Virus record (IMG/VR): IMGVR_UViG_3300029543_000199
Strand: one strand, 5' to 3'
Origin: a virus
Lineage: Duplodnaviria; Heunggongvirae; Uroviricota; Caudoviricetes
DNA: 38,001 bases
The notes under the pieces were generated by a model that worked only from the letters and a program-made list of their open reading frames with translations, made no database searches and was not told the DNA's origin. Both the position numbers and the translations under genes were made by a program. Positions 1-8,181 of this stretch are shown piece after piece (positions within the stretch are counted from its first letter, which is position 1; every line of letters begins with the position of its first letter).

Positions 1-516
1 TTAATGCTTTGTCTTTGCTTTTGCATTTTTCACGTATGTAGCAGTACCATCAAATTTGTGTTTATACTGTTCCGGTGGCTGTTTAGGCAACGCACGTATT
101 TCATCCATAAGACCTTCTACGAATGAGTTGCCATGCTCATGCTGATATATTAAGAATCTACGCTCTAAGCATTCCATAGAGTAGTCATCAATCCACCCCT
201 GCTCATACACGAAGAAATGATGACGTTCTGTTACATAAGCCTTGATACTTTCCTTGTCAGACTCAATCAGCATAGCAATACTGTCATTGATTTTGTCTAC
301 AGAATTATTCGTATCTTCTTTAGCTTCTTTCAGCTCATCTACATCTTCTTTAATCGTGTTAATCTCTTCTCGTTCATCATGGTCTTTATCATAGTATTTG
401 CGGACACGATCACAAGCCCAGTCGATAAAAGACACTACCCCCTTAACAGCAAGACACAGGATAACTGTGTACATGATAATATCTGTGGGAGAATAGTTTG
501 TAAGTAATTTTTCCAT
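1..516 (-). CDS. Membrane-anchored coiled-coil protein of the lysis region (holin-like/unknown)
   Basis: One N-terminal hydrophobic segment (IIMYTVILCLAVKGVVSFI) followed by an acidic coiled coil. It lies directly downstream of the endolysin. Start moved to ATG 516 behind a GGAGGG RBS. Confidence 0.6.
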   Translation of the reverse strand: MEKLLTNYSPTDIIMYTVILCLAVKGVVSFIDWACDRVRKYYDKDHDEREEINTIKEDVDELKEAKEDTNNSVDKINDSIAMLIESDKESIKAYVTERHHFFVYEQGWIDDYSMECLERRFLIYQHEHGNSFVEGLMDEIRALPKQPPEQYKHKFDGTATYVKNAKAKTKH

Positions 517-552
517 ATTTCCCTCCAAAAGTTACATGCCGGAAATATGTAA

Positions 553-568
553 GGGCGGTTGTCCGCCC
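553..568 (-). terminator. GC hairpin after the endolysin stop
   Basis: gggcgg-ttgt-ccgccc, about 10 nt after the stop; weak U-tract. Confidence 0.4.
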
Positions 569-577
569 AAACATAGG

Positions 578-2170
578 TTACAGTTTTACGCAGTAATCAA
601 GAGAAACCCATCCGGCTCCGGATTTCAATTTACCCCAGCCCTTAGTAGAACCGGTTCCTGCTTTTTCTTCAATAATTGTGAATACGCCTTTGCCTGTATA
701 GGCTCCAGTCTTAGGATAGTTCGTACCTGCACCGGAACGAATTCTAAGGTCTGTAGCATCAATACGAACACGATACGGTACATTTGATTTACTTGCAGCT
801 GGCTTTGAGGAGGAGCCAGAAGTAGTAGAACCAATCGTACAATATGAAGCGTTCTCAAGATAAATCCATCCAGCACCAGATTTCAGCTTGCCCCATCCGT
901 TACTTACGGATGTGATAGTGAATGTGCCTTTTCCTGTCTGACCTACGATAGTTCCGTTAGGTGTCTTTCTGATATTGAGATCAGATACGATAACATTTAC
1001 CGTGAATGGAGTCGCAGGGAAAGATGAATTTGTCTTAGGCGGAGTTGTATTACCACCAGTATTCGTATCTGCGGAAGAACTTGTTCCAAGCAATGCATTG
1101 ACTCTATTAGCCAAATCTCCGTATCTTGAATACAGCCAGTCGCCAGGACAGCTCTTATTCGCAAAGAATCTATGAGCAGTTAATACCATCTCATTGCTCT
1201 TAGGTGTATACTCGAGAGCTGCTGTTTTACTTCCTTTCCAAACGAGTTTGTTCTTGCCATTTCTCTTACAGATATCAGCACAAAGCTTAATCAGTTTTTC
1301 ATAAACAGCATTATTCATTTCGTAAGGTTCGTTCATACCACTTGCGCACTCAATGGTAATTGCTCTCTGGTCATTTGCGTTGCTAGAAGAACACCAACTT
1401 CTATTGGCTTCATCTACGCAAAGTACGACACGACCGTCTTTCCCAATACCATAGTTGCAGCTTGCCTGTCTTGAAGAACTTGTAAAGCATCCACCGATAG
1501 ATTCGGCAGAGAGCTGTCCAACAACACAATGCGGCGTAATCCTGTCGATAGAGTGTGTTCTTTGTCCGCTATGATTAGGACTCTTTACCGCGCAATCTAC
1601 AAGTGAACTGTTTGTGTATCCCATAGTTTTACCTCCTTCTTGCTGATTTGTTTTTGAAGCAAATTTGTCATAATATACCTGTCCGTATGAAGCCCTCTTG
1701 CTCTGTACGGCAGAGCTTTGGTCTGCAGGGCGTTCGTACTGCAAGAGAACAGAATTCGATGCCTGCAGAACAGTAGTGGCGCTTCTCAGTACGGACATTA
1801 CTGTGCCGTAATTTTCACTCAGCTCTTTGTACATGAACTCAAGCTGCATTTCTAAATCGCCAATAGATGTTCCTTTTGAATGGCAAAATTCAAGCAGTGC
1901 CTGTTTTCTGCTCCAATAAGTCCACTGGCATAATCCGTATCCAGCACTATCACGCACGAAGTTTGTATATGTACCTGCGTCTACACCACTCGTGTATGAT
2001 GCGTCTGTATAGCCAAGTTTCTTTTCAAATGAATTCTGCAGGTTTGTGGAACTAAGCCCGCTCTCAGCGTAGATGTTTCCCATAAGCCCTGATGCTCCGC
2101 ATTTCGTCATTCCTTTGCTGATACAGAAATTCCAGATGCGTTCTTCATTCGTTGCTCCTGTTAATGCCAT
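578..2170 (-). CDS. Endolysin: phage-tail-lysozyme-like domain + N-acetylmuramoyl-L-alanine amidase (Amidase_2) + two SH3b-like domains
   Basis: N-terminal GLMGNIYAESG..GYGLCQWT..YERPAD. Amidase motifs ITPHC, ASCNYGIG, ITIEC, HRFFANKSCPG. Two C-terminal repeats L(N/R)IR...WGKLKSGAGW(I/V)xL. Confidence 0.9.
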   Translation of the reverse strand: MALTGATNEERIWNFCISKGMTKCGASGLMGNIYAESGLSSTNLQNSFEKKLGYTDASYTSGVDAGTYTNFVRDSAGYGLCQWTYWSRKQALLEFCHSKGTSIGDLEMQLEFMYKELSENYGTVMSVLRSATTVLQASNSVLLQYERPADQSSAVQSKRASYGQVYYDKFASKTNQQEGGKTMGYTNSSLVDCAVKSPNHSGQRTHSIDRITPHCVVGQLSAESIGGCFTSSSRQASCNYGIGKDGRVVLCVDEANRSWCSSSNANDQRAITIECASGMNEPYEMNNAVYEKLIKLCADICKRNGKNKLVWKGSKTAALEYTPKSNEMVLTAHRFFANKSCPGDWLYSRYGDLANRVNALLGTSSSADTNTGGNTTPPKTNSSFPATPFTVNVIVSDLNIRKTPNGTIVGQTGKGTFTITSVSNGWGKLKSGAGWIYLENASYCTIGSTTSGSSSKPAASKSNVPYRVRIDATDLRIRSGAGTNYPKTGAYTGKGVFTIIEEKAGTGSTKGWGKLKSGAGWVSLDYCVKL

Positions 2171-2217
2171 ATAGAAATCAAAACCCCTTTCGTAAATTAT
2201 TTAATTAGCTTAATAAG

Positions 2218-2598
2218 TTATGAAGCAGCTTCGTTTGTCTTAACAATCTCACGCAAAGTATCAAGTGCGCCATCGATTTGTTCATCGATATATTTAATCA
2301 GTGCATCCTGATCCACAACTTTTGTCAGAATCGGATACTCCTCATAAATCTGCTTGATTACCTGAGAGCGCTTGATAGAACCAGCCTTGCTCCATTCCTG
2401 CCAATCAACCTCAGCATCACTAATCATTTTCAGAATAGTGGTCTGAATCTGTTTCTTAGCAAGTTCAATTTTTTCTTCCTGACTCTTGGACATGTAGTCG
2501 TGAGTCTTCTTGATGATACCTACGATCAACCCGGCGCAAACAAGTATGCTTGTCCAGTTATCGTTGAGTATCTGTAAAAATTTCTGCAATCCTTCCAT
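2218..2598 (-). CDS. Putative holin-like protein
   Basis: Single N-terminal TM segment plus a helical cytoplasmic domain, immediately upstream of the endolysin. Confidence 0.55.
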   Translation of the reverse strand: MEGLQKFLQILNDNWTSILVCAGLIVGIIKKTHDYMSKSQEEKIELAKKQIQTTILKMISDAEVDWQEWSKAGSIKRSQVIKQIYEEYPILTKVVDQDALIKYIDEQIDGALDTLREIVKTNEAAS

Positions 2599-2603
2599 AG
2601 TGT

Positions 2604-2987
2604 TTACCCCTTTCCAGATTCCGAATTAGTTGTTTCATGCTCCTTCATTGCAGTTTCATACACGATTCCGCCTTCCGTGTTTTCTGCTTTTGATTTACTG
2701 TAGTATCCGAAGATGACAGGAGCAAGAGAAGCGACAATGCCAAGCAGAGCATAAGCCTGAGACAAATCACACAACCGATGTGATTCATACATGAACCATA
2801 TAGCAATGCAAAATACAAGAGCAACCATAGCCCAAAGAACCAATTTACTATTGGAGATTTTTCTTGAACTTTTTGGATGCCCTTTTGCCCGTTCCGCTTT
2901 TAATTTTCTTTGTCTTGCTTTGCTTTCATTATCGCGTTTGATTCGCAGCATTTCCGCATTGTATTCTTTTTCACTGATATACTTCAT
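2604..2987 (-). CDS. Putative holin (two TM segments)
   Basis: Two hydrophobic helices and a YYSKSKAEN motif; located in the lysis cassette. Confidence 0.55.
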   Translation of the reverse strand: MKYISEKEYNAEMLRIKRDNESKARQRKLKAERAKGHPKSSRKISNSKLVLWAMVALVFCIAIWFMYESHRLCDLSQAYALLGIVASLAPVIFGYYSKSKAENTEGGIVYETAMKEHETTNSESGKG

Positions 2988-3083
2988 TGTTTCACCACCT
3001 TTTTTGAAATACTATATACAGAGAATGAAATGATTAAATAAACTATATATAGTATTCTGACGATTATAAAACGTGAATTTGAT

Positions 3084-3293
3084 TTACTCTAACCCATATA
3101 ATAGACTTTGAAGCGGAGTAACATATTTACCGCTTTCATGTCTATATCCGTCTGGCGTTTTATAGATTGTATAACCGCCGCATATGTAGACAGTTCCGTC
3201 GGTATGATTACGCCATTCTGGTAGACCTAAATCTTCACATGTTATAGGTTGATTTGACCTACATTTGTCAAGAAATTCAGCATTACTTTGCAT
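3084..3293 (-). CDS. Hypothetical protein
   Basis: 69-aa ORF with a GAGGAGG RBS, overlapping the upstream stop. Confidence 0.5.
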   Translation of the reverse strand: MQSNAEFLDKCRSNQPITCEDLGLPEWRNHTDGTVYICGGYTIYKTPDGYRHESGKYVTPLQSLLYGLE

Positions 3294-3654
3294 TCATCGC
3301 CTCCTCAGTATAGTAAATAGCCGCAGGCTTGATTCCTTCATCGGTCGCGACATATATTTCTGGGATTCTTATAAGCAAATGCTTCAATACGGTATCTGAA
3401 AATGTTTTGCTAATACCTGGCTGAATAATAAGCTTATTTGCCTTTATGCCACGAGCTGAATCATTTGCATAAACAAATCGAACCATTGTACCATCTACCA
3501 GTTCGATCCAGCAGCCACAGCGTGATTTAATCATCTTGTTAATCATGTCATGCGGATATATATCCAGAACCTTGCTGAACATCTCGTCTCTCCACTCAAT
3601 ATCAGAATATACAATCAAAATTCGTTGTCTTAATATTGTAGTTAAATCGTTCAT
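3283..3654 (-). CDS. Hypothetical protein
   Basis: 123-aa ORF with an AAGGAG RBS and an ATGA overlap with the upstream gene. Confidence 0.6.
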   Translation of the reverse strand: MNDLTTILRQRILIVYSDIEWRDEMFSKVLDIYPHDMINKMIKSRCGCWIELVDGTMVRFVYANDSARGIKANKLIIQPGISKTFSDTVLKHLLIRIPEIYVATDEGIKPAAIYYTEEAMNAK

Positions 3655-4094
3655 TTCTTCTCCTTAAATTTCCATCGATAGTAAGGTTTTTCTTCTCCAA
3701 AAAACCAATATCTCTCATAATCATCAATCACGATCGCACATGCAGACAGGATTACCCATAGCAGCGAGAATGGTAGACATATCTGCCCAAGTAAATTAAA
3801 TGGCATGTTTGAATAATCCCATATGCCAAGTCCGAGCCACAGGTTTAAGATACATCCAGATATAAATTCGCCTGTTGTGACAATGCATGATCCTATGATT
3901 GCCTGTAACCATATCGGCGTGTCCATTGATAGAATCTCATTGATGAGACCAATACATATACCACAAACGCCAGCAAGAATAAACATGCTTACATGGCTAT
4001 AACCGCGCCATATGATTTCAATCAGATAGTATATAGACCCCATCACAGTGAAAAGTGAGAGATATTTAAGGCATAATGATAGAGCCTTTTTCAT
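3651..4094 (-). CDS. Four-TM membrane protein (CmpB/TMEM229-like putative permease family, common in phages)
   Basis: Four hydrophobic segments and a WDYSNMPFNLLGQICLPFS motif; GGAGG RBS. Confidence 0.7.
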   Translation of the reverse strand: MKKALSLCLKYLSLFTVMGSIYYLIEIIWRGYSHVSMFILAGVCGICIGLINEILSMDTPIWLQAIIGSCIVTTGEFISGCILNLWLGLGIWDYSNMPFNLLGQICLPFSLLWVILSACAIVIDDYERYWFFGEEKPYYRWKFKEKK

Positions 4095-4121
4095 ACCAAT
4101 AACCTCCGTTTAAATGTGATA

Positions 4122-4140
4122 GAGCCGGGTATACCGGCTC
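4122..4140. terminator. Perfect 7-bp hairpin (possible terminator or processing stem)
   Basis: gagccgg-gtata-ccggctc in the intergenic region. Confidence 0.4.
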
Positions 4141-4284
4141 ACCACACGAATTCTTATAACTTATTGATATAGGGTTCGTTGCCGATTGTACTTTTCTCCA
4201 TACTTAGCTTTTTGCTAATCCAACGATTGTCTCTTGTGTAAACACAAATCGTAGTCGGAACCTCCCAATCCCTATACACATATA

Positions 4285-4839
4285 TTAGTTTTCTTTCTGC
4301 GTCTGAGAATACAGCATTTTCAGGACTTCAGACTGATATGCTTCCGGAATATCAATGCCGTATTCTACAGCACAGATGTCATTGATATCCGTCATGCTCT
4401 CAATATAATCTCTCAGAGAATTGAAATATGTAGTCTGGAACTCAATGCGGTTTTCCATAGCTGTATTCAGAGCTACAACATCTTCCTTAGAGTAGAATTT
4501 GCAAGACTCACCATCGGCATGATATGGAAGTACGGTGATTCCTGCGTTTGCTCTATCGTTCAGCTTAGAAATCTTCAGCTGATCCGCAACTTCAAGGCTG
4601 AAGTGATGAGATTTCTTATCAGACAGTGTGATATCAAATCCCTGTGTAATCACTTCGTTGCAAGCAACGCTCATAGCCGCAATCTTTGCAGACTTCACAT
4701 CTTCAATATTGTCATTTGTTACGACGCCTGCTTTGATAAGCTGCGCCATTACATCGCCTTTGATTTTATCTGGCACCGCATCGAATTCTTTTTCACCGTT
4801 GTATACAATGTCTGTCCAAAAATTGATTAACTGAATCAT
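4285..4839 (-). CDS. Tail-fibre-associated protein (DUF4376-like)
   Basis: KSAKIAAMSVACNEVITQGF..HFSL..DQ..YHADGESCKFYS pattern, typical of genes downstream of fibre genes. Confidence 0.6.
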   Translation of the reverse strand: MIQLINFWTDIVYNGEKEFDAVPDKIKGDVMAQLIKAGVVTNDNIEDVKSAKIAAMSVACNEVITQGFDITLSDKKSHHFSLEVADQLKISKLNDRANAGITVLPYHADGESCKFYSKEDVVALNTAMENRIEFQTTYFNSLRDYIESMTDINDICAVEYGIDIPEAYQSEVLKMLYSQTQKEN

Positions 4840-4854
4840 ATAACACCCCTCCTC

Positions 4855-5127
4855 TTAAAGTAATGCGCTCAGTTCAATGATGCACTGTTTCATTTTTTCT
4901 GCTTCTGTCATTTCACGAATGATAAATCTTGTATGACCATCCTCGTTCCAGATATTTGTGCATGTCATATCTTTGTAGTCAACGCCACCAATGTTTACAT
5001 TGGATAAATTAGCGTCAGACAGAATCTCAATATTAACTGCATCGTCTGTGATATAGTTGTTGCCATTGATCGTGGCGTGAATCTCTGTTCCGTTTGCGAG
5101 GATAATATTGTAAATAGTATTTTCCAT
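4855..5127 (-). CDS. Small phage protein (fibre-associated, unknown)
   Basis: 90 aa; its GGAGG RBS and first 95 nt lie inside the RT ORF. Confidence 0.65.
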   Translation of the reverse strand: MENTIYNIILANGTEIHATINGNNYITDDAVNIEILSDANLSNVNIGGVDYKDMTCTNIWNEDGHTRFIIREMTEAEKMKQCIIELSALL

Positions 5128-6304
5128 CTATAAAACCTCCAAATAAGTCATAGTAAAGAAGATTTAAGTTATCACGTTGTATCTTACTCATAAGGTGGCA
5201 GTGACCACCCATCCAGGAGCGAAACATATTTTCTACTTCCTCCTGTGTACGTTCTCCATTCTTAACCTTGATGCTCAAAGCTTTGAGTTTACGTCTCATA
5301 TCAACAATTCTTTTCGGATTGATTTTCCTTATTACTCTACCTGTGTCAGTGAGAGAGTAGGAGATTTGAAGAAATCTATAGTAGTCTGATAGCTTTACTA
5401 TTCGTGTTTTCTTCCTGTTCAATGTCATTCCGAGTTCCGTTGCTTTAGCTGCAATCTTAGCCTCAAGCTCTACAAGATATTCTCTGCTCTGAGATATCAC
5501 ATAGCTATCATCCATATATCTGCCGTAGAATTTCTGACCTTCTACAATCTTGACAAAGTTATCTATTTGCGTTGGATAATATATTCCGATTATCTGCGAA
5601 CACTGATCTCCAATATTTACAGATTTACGCATATACTTTTCGCCTGTATGAGCGGACTTCGGAACATTCAATCTGTATTCTGCAGAATTGAAAGGTGTTT
5701 CCATGCAATGCTCATATTCTTCGTCGGTCATATATGAGACATCAATCTTGAAATTATCGAAGATTAAGTCCAATAACCATAGCGAAAACTCATCTGTAAC
5801 ATGCTTTGCAATTTCTTTATATGCAATATCATGTGGTATGTTATCGTAGAATTTACTGTAATCCATCAGTAAGATGTACCCGTCATTTCCGTGCTGGCGA
5901 TAGTATTTGTGTAGATGATATTCAAATCTTTCGCGACTGAAAGTAATTCCTTTTCCTTTGAGCGACGCTCCATTATCATAGACGAGATAAGAGAGTATGC
6001 TCGGAGCAAGAACATTATCGCAAAGAGAATGCCGGATTACTCTGTCTGACATTTGAAGACCAGTAATGGGTCTTGTCTTTCCTCTTTCGTTAATAATGAA
6101 TTCTGTCGAGGCTAATGAATGGTAGTTTCTGCTCTTTAAAGCAGCTTTACTTTTCACAATATGCGGAAGAAAATTCATTTCATATTTCTGAACCTGTGGT
6201 TTCCAGTCAGAATCTTTCTTAGCCGCTATATATGCGTGATAAAGTGAATTCAGATTATATACAACGTCACACTCATCTTCAAATTGTGTGTTTGTATTAG
6301 TCAT
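5033..6304 (-). CDS. DGR reverse transcriptase
   Basis: Motifs ERGKTRPI, DRVIRH, GASLKGKG, MDYSKFYDNIPH, IGDQCSQ (DGR-type GxxxSQ) and catalytic YGRYMDD; no maturase or endonuclease domain. Confidence 0.95.
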   Translation of the reverse strand: MTNTNTQFEDECDVVYNLNSLYHAYIAAKKDSDWKPQVQKYEMNFLPHIVKSKAALKSRNYHSLASTEFIINERGKTRPITGLQMSDRVIRHSLCDNVLAPSILSYLVYDNGASLKGKGITFSRERFEYHLHKYYRQHGNDGYILLMDYSKFYDNIPHDIAYKEIAKHVTDEFSLWLLDLIFDNFKIDVSYMTDEEYEHCMETPFNSAEYRLNVPKSAHTGEKYMRKSVNIGDQCSQIIGIYYPTQIDNFVKIVEGQKFYGRYMDDSYVISQSREYLVELEAKIAAKATELGMTLNRKKTRIVKLSDYYRFLQISYSLTDTGRVIRKINPKRIVDMRRKLKALSIKVKNGERTQEEVENMFRSWMGGHCHLMSKIQRDNLNLLYYDLFGGFIDGKYYLQYYPRKRNRDSRHDQWQQLYHRRCS

Positions 6305-6452
6305 TTCTTTCCAAAATTATTTGACGTTTGTAGCAATCAGTCGTAACGAATTGCATCGCCTTTGTCTTTTAGTGCATTCCTGCACACGGACAATTTCTCC
6401 TTTCTTCGTTTCTTGTATCTGCATATAGCATAGTTAAACAAGTGGAAGAAAT

Positions 6453-6565
6453 CGGACGAACACCATTAGAATTAGAAGCGTTGTTGTTGTTCGCATTACC
6501 GTTGTTGTTCACATTAGCGAAGTTAGTCGCACTCCTAACACCACGGAGCCAATAGTTGAAGCGAC
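6453..6565 (-). repeat. DGR template repeat (TR)
   Basis: 113-bp ungapped match to 7252-7364. Contains 13 AAC/AAT codons and 30 adenines on the sense strand; lies between avd and RT. Confidence 0.96.
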
Positions 6566-6606
6566 TAAACGGCACAAACATACAGAAATTGCCCGGATTA
6601 TTCTTC

Positions 6607-7158
6607 TTATGCTTTCACAGATTCTTTCTCTCTGTTTAAAATACTCTTACGAATTTTGTTGTCAGATTTTCTCCAACCTTTGATTAACGCCTGTTCTTGT
6701 ATAATCATATTTGTGATATTTTCATATTTTTCTATATTGACAGGCAGAGTGGTAATGATATACTGTAATTCTTGAATTAAGTTCTCGCAGTGACCAAGAG
6801 CTAAGTCCTGATGTATTCTGCGTTCATCACACTCACTAATGAATTGCGGACTAATTTCATTAGCTAGAAAAATTTCATGTACCATATCACGGGTAATTTG
6901 TATAATTGCTTTCTGCTCATCTGGTATAAACCATTCTACAAAAGCTTCATATCGCTCCTTGCGCTTAGCAATATTGCGATCATAACCGTCCTTTTGATTT
7001 TGACTCCATCCTGCGTATGCGTCTGGCTTAGGTTTTTCTTCATATTCCTTTAAACCAAACTGTCGCAAAGCAAGGTCTGTAATAACAGTTCTTACTTTAT
7101 ATGCATGATGCTCAACCTCGAATGGAGATGGCTTTCTATTTGCTTTCAGTACCGACAT
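6607..7158 (-). CDS. avd: DGR accessory variability determinant (Avd-like four-helix bundle)
   Basis: Located between target and TR; helical; begins MSVLKANRK and ends LIKGWRKSD. Start placed at ATG 7158 behind GGAGGG. Confidence 0.8.
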   Translation of the reverse strand: MSVLKANRKPSPFEVEHHAYKVRTVITDLALRQFGLKEYEEKPKPDAYAGWSQNQKDGYDRNIAKRKERYEAFVEWFIPDEQKAIIQITRDMVHEIFLANEISPQFISECDERRIHQDLALGHCENLIQELQYIITTLPVNIEKYENITNMIIQEQALIKGWRKSDNKIRKSILNREKESVKA

Positions 7159-7174
7159 CATTCCCTCCGTATTA

Positions 7175-7199
7175 CCCACCCACCTAAAGGTGGGATGGG
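7175..7199 (-). promoter_or_regulatory. GC-rich hairpin/cruciform downstream of VR (DGR target-recognition element)
   Basis: ccca-cccacc-taaa-ggtggg-(a)-tggg, 35-60 nt after the target stop codon. Confidence 0.7.
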
Positions 7200-7233
7200 A
7201 TTAAAGATATTGCTATGTATTTCTTGCTAACCT

Positions 7234-8166
7234 TTAATTAACGAAGAAAAACGGACGAACACCAATAGAATCAGAAGCGCTGCCGTAGTTCGCATAACCG
7301 CTGCCGTTCACACGAGCGAAGCCAGTCGCACCCCTAACACCACGGAGCCAATAGTTGAAGCGACGGTGAATATATTCAGGAGCGAGAGCGAACAGTGGGA
7401 ACTGAGAGTTGATACATCCAACTTCATATCCGCTATTAGCCCATACATTTGTTCCGTACACCATAACCTCAGACATCAGTTCAACTTTACAGTCATACCA
7501 AGCCCATCCAGAAGCCTGTCCGTTAGAGGTTGCGTTCGGAAGGATATCTCTGTAAGACATTACATGAGTAGAACCGAAGTCGTTCACAATCTTCTGAGTT
7601 GCCTGTGCAAGGTTGGTAGTTCTCATATCAGAATTTGCATATGCACCGGTTGTTGTATTTGCAGCAGAACCTTCCGTATACTGACCACTATCTGTATTGT
7701 GCATCTGTGCGTTATACAGAGCAGAGTCAGGAACGAGGCACATGCAGTTACCCATAGATGCGTTGTCTCCAATCTGTTTTCCAAGATTGAATCCAGCGAT
7801 TCGATATACAGTACCATTGATTGTAAGGTAATCACCTACATACAGGTCATCAAATGTACCTGCCTGAATAGCTTTAGACATCGCAGATGTGTAAGCTGTA
7901 CCTAAATTCTTACCTCTGAAAATAGAGTTGTGACCACCTGCATTGTTACGAGCAGCTCCTTTGTACAGTTCATTTACTGCATCCGGCAGAGACTTTGTTC
8001 CCTGATCCAGACCGAAAGTTTTACCTGTCAGCTTATTCAGTGTAGCTGTGGAAAGGTTGCCGAAAGTCACACCTTTAGTACCGTTCGCACCGTCAACTGG
8101 AAGTACATCAGAATCAGCGACAGCAGTAACAGCAGAAAGGTCTTTAATTCTTGTTGTATTTGCCAT
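7234..8166 (-). CDS. DGR target protein; probable receptor-binding/adhesin with C-terminal C-type-lectin-like variable domain
   Basis: The C-terminus YWLRG...GVRPFF is encoded by the VR. The gene lies directly downstream of the tail fibre gene. Confidence 0.9.
   Translation of the reverse strand: MANTTRIKDLSAVTAVADSDVLPVDGANGTKGVTFGNLSTATLNKLTGKTFGLDQGTKSLPDAVNELYKGAARNNAGGHNSIFRGKNLGTAYTSAMSKAIQAGTFDDLYVGDYLTINGTVYRIAGFNLGKQIGDNASMGNCMCLVPDSALYNAQMHNTDSGQYTEGSAANTTTGAYANSDMRTTNLAQATQKIVNDFGSTHVMSYRDILPNATSNGQASGWAWYDCKVELMSEVMVYGTNVWANSGYEVGCINSQFPLFALAPEYIHRRFNYWLRGVRGATGFARVNGSGYANYGSASDSIGVRPFFFVN
7252..7364 (-). repeat. DGR variable repeat (VR)
   Basis: Differs from TR at 15 positions, all TR adenines (11 A>G, 3 A>T, 1 A>C), giving 11 amino-acid changes. 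Confidence 0.96.
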
Positions 8167-8181
8167 AGTATATTCCTCCTC

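Larger units (their letters stand above)
5033..8166 (-). mobile_element. Diversity-generating retroelement (target/VR - avd - TR - RT)
   Basis: RT, Avd-like gene, a TR/VR pair with adenine-only mismatches and a post-VR hairpin. Gene order matches Bordetella phage BPP-1. Confidence 0.97.

Noticed and set aside
5033..6304. Group II intron, retron or Abi-type RT
   Set aside because: The adjacent TR/VR pair, avd and GxxxSQ motif identify a DGR RT.
6369..6581. 70-aa Asn-rich ORF
   Set aside because: It is the translation of the DGR template repeat; there is no RBS and TRs act as RNA.
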